In this document: positions 16,903-28,667 of the stretch, piece after piece
How the letters are laid out: each line of letters begins with the position of its first letter
Position numbering within the stretch: position 1 is the first letter of the stretch
Assembly: GCA_020050355.1 (NCBI GenBank)
Contig: JAGVKT010000117.1
Span: forward strand, 12,787 to 76,786
Length of the DNA: 64,000 nt
Direction: 5' to 3'
Source of the DNA: Gammaproteobacteria bacterium
GTDB taxonomy: Bacteria; Pseudomonadota; Gammaproteobacteria; Francisellales; CACEW01
Notes under the pieces: generated by a model
Seen by the model: only the letters and a program-made list of their open reading frames with translations
What the model was told of the DNA's origin: nothing
Databases searched by the model: none
Translations under genes and position numbers: made by a program

Positions 16903-17892
16903 TTGTTTTCTCAAGGAGAACAAAATCCTATGAGTCTTGAAGTATCCGGAAAACAGCGCGATTTTGATAAACTATCAAAAATTCCTGTTAAGATTGAAGC
17001 GACGCTTCATCATGAGCGGCAGCGCTTGCCGAAGTGGTTGTATATCGATCTTCCTAAAGCCACTGAGGCGTCTCAAGTCCAGCGTATCAAAAATATGTTG
17101 CGTGAAAAAAATCTGCATTCAGTGTGCGAAGAAGCCTCTTGCCCTAACTTGGTTGAATGTTTTAGTAAGGGTGCAGCAACGTATATGATTATGGGCGATA
17201 AATGTACGCGTCGCTGTAGCTTTTGTGATGTGGCCCATGGTAAGCCAGATGCTTTAGATCAAGATGAGCCTAAAAATTTGGCTTTGACAGTCAAGGCGAT
17301 GAATTTAAAGTATGTGGTGATTACCTCGGTAGATCGTGATGATTTGCGCGATGGTGGGGCACAGCATTTTGCCGCGTGTATTAGAGAAGTCCGCGCTTTG
17401 AATCCTGACATTAAAATTGAAATATTGGTTCCGGATTTTCGAGGTAAAAATAAATTGCCTTTGGCTTTAGAAGCGCTTTCTTTAGAGCCTCCTGATGTTT
17501 TTAATCATAACATTGAAACGGTTCCAAGCCTTTATAAAATGGCTCGTGCCGGCTCTGATTATGCATGGTCCTTACGTTTGTTAAAAGAATATAAAGCGCG
17601 TAATCCACATATTCATACAAAATCAGGATTAATGTTAGGTTTGGGTGAGACCGATACAGAGGTACTGCAAACGCTTAAAGACTTACGTGCACATGATGTA
17701 GAAATGCTTACTATTGGCCAATATCTCCAACCCAGTGCTTATCATCTTAAAGTACAACGTTACGTTGCGCCTGAAGCGTTTAAAGAGCTAGGAGCGCTTG
17801 CTAAACACTTAGGTTTTAAAAAAGTTGCCAGTGGCCCCCATGTTCGTTCCTCTTATTTTGCAGAAGAACAAACAGAAAACGATTTGCTTTAA
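16903..17892 (+). CDS. lipA: Lipoyl synthase
   Basis: 329 aa with a radical-SAM CxxxCxxC motif ([10 protein letters not shown]) and the N-terminal auxiliary cluster motif [12 protein letters not shown]. Confidence 0.95.
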   Translation: MFSQGEQNPMSLEVSGKQRDFDKLSKIPVKIEATLHHERQRLPKWLYIDLPKATEASQVQRIKNMLREKNLHSVCEEASCPNLVECFSKGAATYMIMGDKCTRRCSFCDVAHGKPDALDQDEPKNLALTVKAMNLKYVVITSVDRDDLRDGGAQHFAACIREVRALNPDIKIEILVPDFRGKNKLPLALEALSLEPPDVFNHNIETVPSLYKMARAGSDYAWSLRLLKEYKARNPHIHTKSGLMLGLGETDTEVLQTLKDLRAHDVEMLTIGQYLQPSAYHLKVQRYVAPEAFKELGALAKHLGFKKVASGPHVRSSYFAEEQTENDLL

Positions 17893-18289
17893 GCAATTTT
17901 CAGATGAAAATTTTTGAGTTTAATCTATTTTTTTGGGTTCTAATACCATTTCGTACTTGAAGTACGATGGCTATAGTACAAGCATTAAATAGAAAACATG
18001 AAGAATAATTTTACCAATTTCCCAAAGTGCTCATAAAAAAAAGATAAGCAGCACATTGCTTTTTCATGCTAATTTATTGAATTTCATATGTTATTTTAAA
18101 AAATGAGCTTAAACAAGAAAATGCCTTGAAGGGGAATAGCAGGCAAATTTCCAAAATTTTTACGTATCATCATTATTTAATTATTTGATTTTTCAATTAA
18201 TTCCATAAATTTCTTAAATATATTCTTTATATTTAAATAATTTTAATATATAATTAATCTGTTATTAATAATTTAAAAAGAGATTTAAA

Positions 18290-18886
18290 ATGAGCGAGGT
18301 TCGAGTTCCTTTTCCAAATGCGACTGTGGATCCAGAAGTCTTGGAGGCCCAACTTTTCGATGCTGTGGAAAGAGGGGATACAGAGGGCTTGTTACGTTTT
18401 TTACGAGCTGGCGTTAATCCAAGTAGCATACTAAATAGTACTGGTGAAACGCCTTTATTTTATGCAGTTAGAAGTGGGAGCATAGAAGCAGTGGAGCTGC
18501 TATTAGTTTTTGGTGCGGATCCAAGTATACGGAATCTTCACGGTGAGACTGCAAGGAGCATTGCTGCAGCAACTAATCCTGCCCTATTTGGATTTTTTGA
18601 AAATAGAAGTATCAGCACTGCGGATAGAAATGCATTTCGAGGAATCACAACAACAGTAACTTCAATGATAAGAGAAATATGTGCTTATTTTAGAACATCA
18701 GTGCCTAGGCTTACTGAAGAAGCTGCGCGTACCGTACCGGAAGGAACCACTATTATCGGACCCACTGTGGCAGCTCCTTTTGCCACAGTATCAGGAAATA
18801 TACCGAGCAATGTTCATGTGCATCATGCTCCTGCTTCAATAGCAAGAGAGGAAGGTATTGCAGATGATCCTGTGCTAGTTGTATAA
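18290..18886 (+). CDS. Ankyrin-repeat protein (candidate type IV secretion effector)
   Basis: 198 aa with 2-3 ANK repeats (LFDAVERGDTEGLLRFLRAGVNP...TGETPLFYAVRSGSIEAVELLLVFGADPSIRNLHGETA). Good SD/ATG context and a 400-bp AT-rich upstream region. Confidence 0.8.
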   Translation: MSEVRVPFPNATVDPEVLEAQLFDAVERGDTEGLLRFLRAGVNPSSILNSTGETPLFYAVRSGSIEAVELLLVFGADPSIRNLHGETARSIAAATNPALFGFFENRSISTADRNAFRGITTTVTSMIREICAYFRTSVPRLTEEAARTVPEGTTIIGPTVAAPFATVSGNIPSNVHVHHAPASIAREEGIADDPVLVV

Positions 18887-18891
18887 AGTAT

Positions 18892-20025
18892 TTAGTAAAA
18901 TAAATGATGCCAATTTCCTGCAGTAATAACGCGCACAGGTGCTTCAGGATAGTGATCTATAAAGGCTTTGGGTGGAGAAAATGATTTTCGATGTGGAGTC
19001 CATTTAAACTCAAACCCGGTTAAGGCATTATTACGTTCTTCTAGATAACCAATTTTTTGACGGTCATGTGTGCGCCAAAAATGAATGTTTGGATGATGGC
19101 CCTGCACATTCAGGAATTTAAGGCGTTCAACCACGCAGAAATTTTCCCATAGGCCATCAACATCGGGGTGGCGATCAAGAGTTTCGAAGGTATTGAGTAA
19201 GGCATTACGAAAGCCTAGGTCATAAAAATAATATTTAGTTTTTTTGTTAAGTTCACGTTTGAAATTGCGTGAGAAGCTTGGTGCTTTTATGAGCACCAGT
19301 GTTTTTTCGAGAATTTCTAAAAAGCGCTCGACCGTACTTCTGCTGAAATCAAGTGTTGCAGCCAACTCATGCACTGAAAGTTCATTGCCTAGATTTACCG
19401 CTAGGATTTTTAAGAGTTCTGCCATTTTGCTGGCATTTTTGAGGCTTTCAAATTGTAGTAGGTCTTTGTAGAGAAATTTTTCGCTGCAGGCCATTAAGAT
19501 TTCTTTGCGTTCTGAATCTGAAGTGGCGCTAACTACTCCAGGGCAGAGGCCAAAGCGTAAAAAATCTCCTAGACGGTCATTAAGATCTTTTTGGTCATAG
19601 TGACCTTGAAGTTCATTTAATGACACGGAGTGGAGCATGAAGTGGACGTAGGGTTTTTGTAATGTAGTTTCAGGTGGTTCTGGAATTTCGATAGTGCTCG
19701 AAGCGCTAGCAATGATCTGTAAATCGGGGTATTCACGATGCAGGCCTTGCAATAGGGGGCCTATATTTTCTATACCTTCAGCATCATCAAATACAGCCAA
19801 GCGATGGTTACCTATGAGCTTTTTTATCTCTGTGAGATTATTAGTTTGTAAAGCTGTGCGTACGTGATGGCGTAAACAAGAAAAATAAGCTTCCTCTTGG
19901 TGATTGGCTCGCAGTACCTGTTTACATAAGGTGGTTTTACCTACGTGAGCTGGTCCTGTAAGTAAAATTATTTTTCCTTTGAATAACCAAGAATCGATCC
20001 GGTTCGTTAACGCTCGAGAAATCAC
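18892..20025 (-). CDS. AAA-family ATPase with a DUF4143-like C-terminal domain
   Basis: 377 aa with Walker A LTGPAHVGKTT. The overall layout resembles the common bacterial AAA_14 + DUF4143 'ATP-binding protein' family. Confidence 0.7.
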   Translation of the reverse strand: MISRALTNRIDSWLFKGKIILLTGPAHVGKTTLCKQVLRANHQEEAYFSCLRHHVRTALQTNNLTEIKKLIGNHRLAVFDDAEGIENIGPLLQGLHREYPDLQIIASASSTIEIPEPPETTLQKPYVHFMLHSVSLNELQGHYDQKDLNDRLGDFLRFGLCPGVVSATSDSERKEILMACSEKFLYKDLLQFESLKNASKMAELLKILAVNLGNELSVHELAATLDFSRSTVERFLEILEKTLVLIKAPSFSRNFKRELNKKTKYYFYDLGFRNALLNTFETLDRHPDVDGLWENFCVVERLKFLNVQGHHPNIHFWRTHDRQKIGYLEERNNALTGFEFKWTPHRKSFSPPKAFIDHYPEAPVRVITAGNWHHLFY

Positions 20026-20289
20026 GGCTACTTCTCCTTAGTTTAAGATCAACTTTTCACGTAGGAAGATAAAAAAGGCTTCTCTTAAAGCAATTTTAAA
20101 TATAATAAATAACTTTTGAAAGTGTTTTTGTAGACAGTCGTTTTTTTGATAATTTCGATGTGGCGCTCGGCTATAGTGGCATTGGGCTGGATCAGAGCGA
20201 AGATATATAATTTTATTTTGACATTGCGTTGCACTTGCAGTTAATGACTTGTCAAACACTTGGAAATATTAAATTGAAATACCAAAATT

Positions 20290-21699
20290 TTAGGCTTTGA
20301 TACCTTGATCATGCACTTCAGCGGATGCGATCAAGAGGTGGGAATGCTTGTACCAGCGCCATACCAGCATGAGGCTTGCAATAAATGTGGTGGTTAAGCT
20401 TCCCAGCGCGAAGCCAACAAGGCCAAGGTGTACAGGAAATCCAAGTATATAACTTAAAGGCACCCCGATTAACCAAGTCATGATTAAATTTAAATACATT
20501 GGATATTTATTATCATATAAGCCTCGTAAGCAGCCTATGGTAATGTTGCGTATGGTATCAAAGAGCATGGTGAATGCGCTAATGCCAAAGATAATAGCGG
20601 CAAGTTTGCTTATTTGGTTGGTGTCAGCATTAATAGTATTGTGGATATAAAACTGTACCAGAGCTTTAGGGAAGCCCAGATAAAGCACCATTACCCAAAT
20701 CATCAGAAAAATACCGATGCCGATATTGGTTAAACCTAGGGAGTGAACTTCATGATAATTTTTAGCACCTGCCGCTTGTCCTATTAGAACACTGCTGGCT
20801 TGAGTCAAACCCATAATAGGAATAATAATAAAAATACCGATTTGATTGGTAATTTGTTGGGCTGAAAGGGCTATTTCTCCTAATTTGCCAATGAGCATTA
20901 CGATAATAAACCACGAGCACAACTCACTGCTGGTTTGAATAAAGATAGGCCAGCCTGTGACAAAGAATTGTTTTAGATAAGGCCATGATGAGTTTAACCG
21001 CCATTTAAATAGTGCAAAAGGTGTAAAATATTTTTGAGTGGCAATAAAAAAACTTGAAAATAAAAAGCTGGACCAGATCGATGCTATTAAGCCATAGGTA
21101 ATCCCTGCAATTCCTAAAGCCGGTAATCCCCAGGCGCCTAGGCTTAGTGCATAGCTTGTAGGAATCAGCACCAGTGTTGATGCGCAGCTAGCTGTCATAG
21201 CTAAGCGTTGTTTACCAATTCCTATTAAAAACATTTGGTTGGTGGTTCCGAGAAACATCGGCAATAAAGTCCAAATGTAGATATGAAAGTAGCTGGTAGC
21301 AATTGTAATTAAGGTTGGTTCTTGTCCTAAGACATGGAGCAGTGGGTTACAAAACCATAAGATGATTGCTGCAATAAGGCTTAAGAAAATGCTTAACAGC
21401 CAGCCCTGTTGTACCACTGCGCCTATTTTTAATGATTCGCCAGCGCCATAGGCGCGCGCTACAATGGGGCTAATTGCGAAAAGGATTGAACCCAGAATAA
21501 CAGCGATAGCGGTTTGTAAGGTAAAGATTAAGGCACCTGCGGCGAGCTCATCACCACCTAAAGATCCTAATAGCCACATAGCGAAAAAATTATTGATGGC
21601 TACAAATACACGTGCAGTGGTGGTGGGCCAGGCTAAGTTTAAGGATTTTCGAAGCATGTCTTTTAAATGCACCGCGGGCGCATGACTCATGGATGGCAT
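20290..21699 (-). CDS. MATE-family multidrug efflux transporter
   Basis: 469 aa with 12 TM helices in the MatE duplicated pattern. It starts 21 nt downstream of the atpC stop on the same strand. Confidence 0.8.
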   Translation of the reverse strand: MPSMSHAPAVHLKDMLRKSLNLAWPTTTARVFVAINNFFAMWLLGSLGGDELAAGALIFTLQTAIAVILGSILFAISPIVARAYGAGESLKIGAVVQQGWLLSIFLSLIAAIILWFCNPLLHVLGQEPTLITIATSYFHIYIWTLLPMFLGTTNQMFLIGIGKQRLAMTASCASTLVLIPTSYALSLGAWGLPALGIAGITYGLIASIWSSFLFSSFFIATQKYFTPFALFKWRLNSSWPYLKQFFVTGWPIFIQTSSELCSWFIIVMLIGKLGEIALSAQQITNQIGIFIIIPIMGLTQASSVLIGQAAGAKNYHEVHSLGLTNIGIGIFLMIWVMVLYLGFPKALVQFYIHNTINADTNQISKLAAIIFGISAFTMLFDTIRNITIGCLRGLYDNKYPMYLNLIMTWLIGVPLSYILGFPVHLGLVGFALGSLTTTFIASLMLVWRWYKHSHLLIASAEVHDQGIKA

Positions 21700-21720
21700 C
21701 CTAAGGTTTTTTGAGATGCA

Positions 21721-22149
21721 TTAAAATTTTTTGTGGGTGCGCATTAATTCAAGCACTTGTAATTTGGCTAAAGCTTCAAGAAGCTGTTGTTGAATCTTAG
21801 CTTTATCGATTTCGTTGTTTTGCTCTTTAAGTAAAGTTTCAGCTGCTTGTTTTGCCTCGAGCGCTGCGGCTTCATTCACGTCTTGTGGACGTTCAAGGCT
21901 ATCGGCCAAAATGGTGATGCGTTCAGGTTGAATTTCTAATATGCCGCCAGAGATATAGAGTAATTCCATATTCTTATCATGCTCTATGCGTAAGGGGCCT
22001 GGTTTGATTGTTGTTAATAATTGTAAGTGGCCTGGGGCAATACCTAGATCACCCAAGGCGCCTTTTACAAAAACCATATTTGCGTTTCCAGAAAATATTT
22101 CAGCTTCTGGACCCACAACGGAAACATGCATGGTTTTATTTTCTTTCAT
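21721..22149 (-). CDS. atpC: ATP synthase F1 epsilon subunit
   Basis: 142 aa with a typical epsilon beta-sandwich plus helical hairpin. It is the last gene of the atp operon. Confidence 0.9.
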   Translation of the reverse strand: MKENKTMHVSVVGPEAEIFSGNANMVFVKGALGDLGIAPGHLQLLTTIKPGPLRIEHDKNMELLYISGGILEIQPERITILADSLERPQDVNEAAALEAKQAAETLLKEQNNEIDKAKIQQQLLEALAKLQVLELMRTHKKF

Positions 22150-22160
22150 GAGAATAGCCT

Positions 22161-23549
<1,389 letters not shown>

Positions 23550-24407
23550 TTAAACAGCTTCAGCACCAGAGACAATTTCGGATAATTCTTTCGTGATTGC
23601 TGCTTGGCGTGCCTTGTTGTATTTTAATTTTAAACTATGGATAATTTCGCTTGCGTTGTCGGTCGCGTTTTTCATGGCCATCATCCGCGCAGCTTGCTCG
23701 CAAGCTACGTTTTCGATTACTGCTTGATATACTTGTGATTCTACGTAGCGTTCTAATAATAAGGTTAATAGACTTTTTGCATCCGGTTCGTAGATATAAT
23801 CCCAATGACCTTGTTCTTTATTTTCTTCAAGGCTTACGGGAAGTAATTTATGTTTTTGCGGTTTTTGTTTAATGGTATTTACAAACTCATTGTGAAATAA
23901 ATAAACCTCGTCAACGGTGCCATTTTTAAAGGCTTGCAAGACAATTTGAATGGAACCAAAAATGTCTTTTATTTTGGGGGCATCGCCTAAATGATGTGCG
24001 TAAGCGATAAGGTTTACAGGTAAATTTTTAAAAAATATTTCGGCCTTGTGGCCAATGATTGCAGCATCAACTTCAATATTTTCTTTATTCCATAAACTTA
24101 AATGTTGTACCACTTGTTTAAATAAATGATTATTAAGGCCGCCGCATAAACCACGATCGGTGGCAATGACAATGATACCAATGCGTTTCACTTCTCGGGT
24201 TGTGAGATAAATATGGTGATATTCAGGGTGTGCTAAGGTTAAATGTTCAATGACTTCGGTAATTCTTTTAGCATAAGGTTTGCTCGCTTCTACGCGATTA
24301 CGGGCTTTACGCAATTTGCTTGCGGCAATGAGCTGCATAGCATTAGTAATTTTTTTGGTGCTGCTAATGCTATTGATGCGTGCCCGTATTTCTTTTGCTA
24401 TTGCCAT
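23550..24407 (-). CDS. atpG: ATP synthase F1 gamma subunit
   Basis: 285 aa. The N-terminus (KEIRARINSISSTKKITNAMQLIAASKLRKA) and C-terminus (ITKELSEIVSGAEA) are typical of gamma. Confidence 0.95.
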   Translation of the reverse strand: MAIAKEIRARINSISSTKKITNAMQLIAASKLRKARNRVEASKPYAKRITEVIEHLTLAHPEYHHIYLTTREVKRIGIIVIATDRGLCGGLNNHLFKQVVQHLSLWNKENIEVDAAIIGHKAEIFFKNLPVNLIAYAHHLGDAPKIKDIFGSIQIVLQAFKNGTVDEVYLFHNEFVNTIKQKPQKHKLLPVSLEENKEQGHWDYIYEPDAKSLLTLLLERYVESQVYQAVIENVACEQAARMMAMKNATDNASEIIHSLKLKYNKARQAAITKELSEIVSGAEAV

Positions 24408-24410
24408 GAA

Positions 24411-25958
24411 CTACCAGGCTCCATTCTTTTTAAAATCATTAATAGCGTCGTACATGCGTTTGGCAATGTCGTCATTGTATTGGCATTCTTTATCGATTTC
24501 GGCTAGTAAACTTTGTTGATGTGTAGCAAGATAATTATGCATGTTAGCTTCAAAGCTTACGATTTCTTTTACAGCAATATCATCTAACAAACCTTTATCG
24601 ACGGCGAATAAAGAAAATGCCATTTGCGCAACACTGAGCGGTTGGTATTGTTTTTGCTTCATAATTTCGGTAAAGCGTTGACCGCGCTCCAACTGTTTTC
24701 TGGTTGGCGCATCAAGGTCAGAAGCAAATTGTGCAAAGGCTTCAAGCTCACGATATTGGGCGAGAGAAATACGAACATTTCCTACTAGTTTTTTCATGAT
24801 TTTTGTTTGTGCAGCACCACCTACCCGTGATACTGAAGCTCCAGCATTAATTGCTGGGCGAATGCCTGCATTGAACAAACTGGTTTCTAAAAAAATCTGG
24901 CCATCGGTGATAGAAATTACGTTAGTAGGTACAAAAGCAGAGATATCTCCTGCTTGTGTTTCAATAATAGGTAAAGCTGTTAATGAGCCGGTTTTATTTT
25001 TTACTTCGCCATTAGTCATTTTTTCTACGTAGGCTTCATTAACGCGTGCTGCCCGCTCAAGTAGACGTGAGTGCAAGTAAAATACATCGCCAGGATAAGC
25101 TTCGCGTCCTGGTGGCCGACGTAATAATAAAGAAATTTGTCTGTAGGCCCAAGCTTGCTTGGTTAAATCATCATAAATGATTAATGCATCTTGGCCGCGG
25201 TCGCGAAAATATTCGCCCATGCTGCAACCAGCGTAAGGCGCAATGAATTGTAGTGCAGCAGCTTCAGAGGCTGTAGCTGCGACGATGATGGTGTGTTTTA
25301 AAGCATCGTGCTCTTCAAGTTTGCGCACCACATTAGCAACGCTTGAAGCTTTTTGTCCTATGGCTACGTAGATACACTTAATACCGCTATTTTTCTGATT
25401 GATAATCGTATCAATGGCTACCGCGGTTTTTCCTGTTTGACGGTCGCCGATGATTAATTCACGTTGGCCACGTCCGATGGGTACCATAGCATCAATAGCT
25501 TTTAGACCTGTTTGCATCGGTTGGCTCACGCTTTGTCGCGTGATAACGCCAGGCGCTACTTTTTCAATAGGTGAAAATAATTGCGTGTTAATCGGACCTT
25601 TGCCGTCAATAGGCTGACCTAAAGCATCAACAACGCGGCCTAATAAAGCTTCACCTACGGGCACTTGAAGAATATGGCCTGTTGAGCGAACTTTTTGACC
25701 TTCAGCAAGATGGGTGTAAGGTCCAAGAACTACTGCGCCCACTGAGTCTTGTTCTAGATTTAGGGCAATAGCATAGCCACCGCCTGGTAATTCCAGCATT
25801 TCATGATAGGCTACATCTAAGAGGCCATAGATACGGATGATGCCATCACGTACTGAAACAATTTCGCCTTCGGTGCGTGTGGTAATTGCAGCATCAAATT
25901 TTTCGATGCGTTGTTTGATAATTTTGCTAATTTCGGTGGCATTTAATTTTTGTGTCAT
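24411..25958 (-). CDS. atpA: ATP synthase F1 alpha subunit
   Basis: 515 aa with Walker A GDRQTGKT and high similarity in pattern to AtpA. Confidence 0.97.
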   Translation of the reverse strand: MTQKLNATEISKIIKQRIEKFDAAITTRTEGEIVSVRDGIIRIYGLLDVAYHEMLELPGGGYAIALNLEQDSVGAVVLGPYTHLAEGQKVRSTGHILQVPVGEALLGRVVDALGQPIDGKGPINTQLFSPIEKVAPGVITRQSVSQPMQTGLKAIDAMVPIGRGQRELIIGDRQTGKTAVAIDTIINQKNSGIKCIYVAIGQKASSVANVVRKLEEHDALKHTIIVAATASEAAALQFIAPYAGCSMGEYFRDRGQDALIIYDDLTKQAWAYRQISLLLRRPPGREAYPGDVFYLHSRLLERAARVNEAYVEKMTNGEVKNKTGSLTALPIIETQAGDISAFVPTNVISITDGQIFLETSLFNAGIRPAINAGASVSRVGGAAQTKIMKKLVGNVRISLAQYRELEAFAQFASDLDAPTRKQLERGQRFTEIMKQKQYQPLSVAQMAFSLFAVDKGLLDDIAVKEIVSFEANMHNYLATHQQSLLAEIDKECQYNDDIAKRMYDAINDFKKNGAW

Positions 25959-25997
25959 TCATAACCTCGATATTTTTTTAACTGAAAAACTACCATT

Positions 25998-26531
25998 TTA
26001 AGTACGAATTAATTCAGCTTTTAATTTTTCTAATTGTCCTTTTAAAGAAGCGTCAATTACAACATCTTCTTTACGAATAATAACCCCGCTTAAAAGACTA
26101 GGGTCTATTTCTATGGTTTGCTCAATATGTTCACCAAATTTTTTCTTTAAGATTTGTTGTAAATGTTGCAAATCAGCGGTATTGGGCTGTACTGCGAAGA
26201 CTAATGTTAATTTTGCAATGTCTTGATCTTGCTGCCAAGTTTTTTCAAAAAGCTCTTTAATTTCAGGCAGAATATTCAAACGTTGTTGTTCACCTAAGAG
26301 CATTAAAAAATTATGCATCTCAGGAGTTATGTCGCCGCAATTTTCACAAATGACGTTGAGGAATGTTCGAGTGCTGACACTAGGCTGCTTCATTAATTTT
26401 TGAATTTCTGTGTCAGCCAATAATGTGGTGATATCTGTGAGAAAGCTATGCCATTCTTTAATTTGCTTTTTTTCTTTAGCGACCAAGAACACGGCAATGC
26501 TATAAGGTTTGGCTATGCTCAAGTGTTTCAT
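25998..26531 (-). CDS. atpH: ATP synthase F1 delta subunit
   Basis: 177 aa, OSCP-like, in the expected operon position. Confidence 0.85.
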   Translation of the reverse strand: MKHLSIAKPYSIAVFLVAKEKKQIKEWHSFLTDITTLLADTEIQKLMKQPSVSTRTFLNVICENCGDITPEMHNFLMLLGEQQRLNILPEIKELFEKTWQQDQDIAKLTLVFAVQPNTADLQHLQQILKKKFGEHIEQTIEIDPSLLSGVIIRKEDVVIDASLKGQLEKLKAELIRT

Positions 26532-27004
26532 TATTTCAGCTCGTTTATTAAATTTGTTAATAAAGCTTCATTGGCTGCACGGTCAAGGTTTTTATGAAGT
26601 AAGCGTTCAGTACAGAGAATTGCAAGCTCACTTGCTTCTTGTTGGAGCGTTGTGCGCGCATTATTAATTTGCTCTGCGATATCTGCCTCTGCGCTTTTTT
26701 TCATGCGTTCAGTTAACTGTCGTGCTGTATCACGGGCCTCTTCTTCAATTTGATGTGCGCGCTGATTGGCGTGATCAATGATTAAAGAAGCTTGCGCTTT
26801 GGCATCCATTAACAGCTGTTTTACTTTACGTTCTGTCAGCTCCAAGTCACGATGTGCTTTTTCTGCAGCGGCCAAGCCATCAGCAATTTTTTTGCGACGC
26901 TCTGTAAGTATGCGCATGAGAGGAGGCCAAACAAACTTCATGCTAAATAATACAAAAATAGCAAAAGTGATCATCTGCCCTAATAATGTTGCATTAATAT
27001 CCAT
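26531..27004 (-). CDS. atpF: ATP synthase Fo b subunit
   Basis: 157 aa with a single N-terminal TM helix followed by a long charged helix. Operon position fits. Confidence 0.9.
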   Translation of the reverse strand: MDINATLLGQMITFAIFVLFSMKFVWPPLMRILTERRKKIADGLAAAEKAHRDLELTERKVKQLLMDAKAQASLIIDHANQRAHQIEEEARDTARQLTERMKKSAEADIAEQINNARTTLQQEASELAILCTERLLHKNLDRAANEALLTNLINELK

Positions 27005-27031
27005 TAATGTTCCTCAGTTTATATTCTTTAT

Positions 27032-28538
<1,507 letters not shown>

Positions 28539-28667
28539 CGCGAGTGCTCAGAAAAAATTTGGCATAAGTATATATATTTTCTAGTAAATTTTCAAGGGCT
28601 TTTTTGAGCAAGGTGGTGTGGTTTTAATGAGATTTTAATTTTTTATTTTGAAGCTCAACTTAGCGCC

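Noticed and set aside
17895-17915. The hairpin AATTTTC-AGAT-GAAAATT followed by TTT just after the lipA stop, and the palindrome CGTACTT-G-AAGTACG at ~17955, as terminators.
   Set aside because: The first stem is entirely A/T (very weak). The second has a 1-nt loop and no T-run. Neither is convincing as an intrinsic terminator.
20038-20259. A 73-aa minus-strand ORF between the AAA ATPase and MATE genes.
   Set aside because: It lies in the promoter/5' region of the ATPase gene, has an odd composition, and has no SD or recognisable motif. It is probably spurious.
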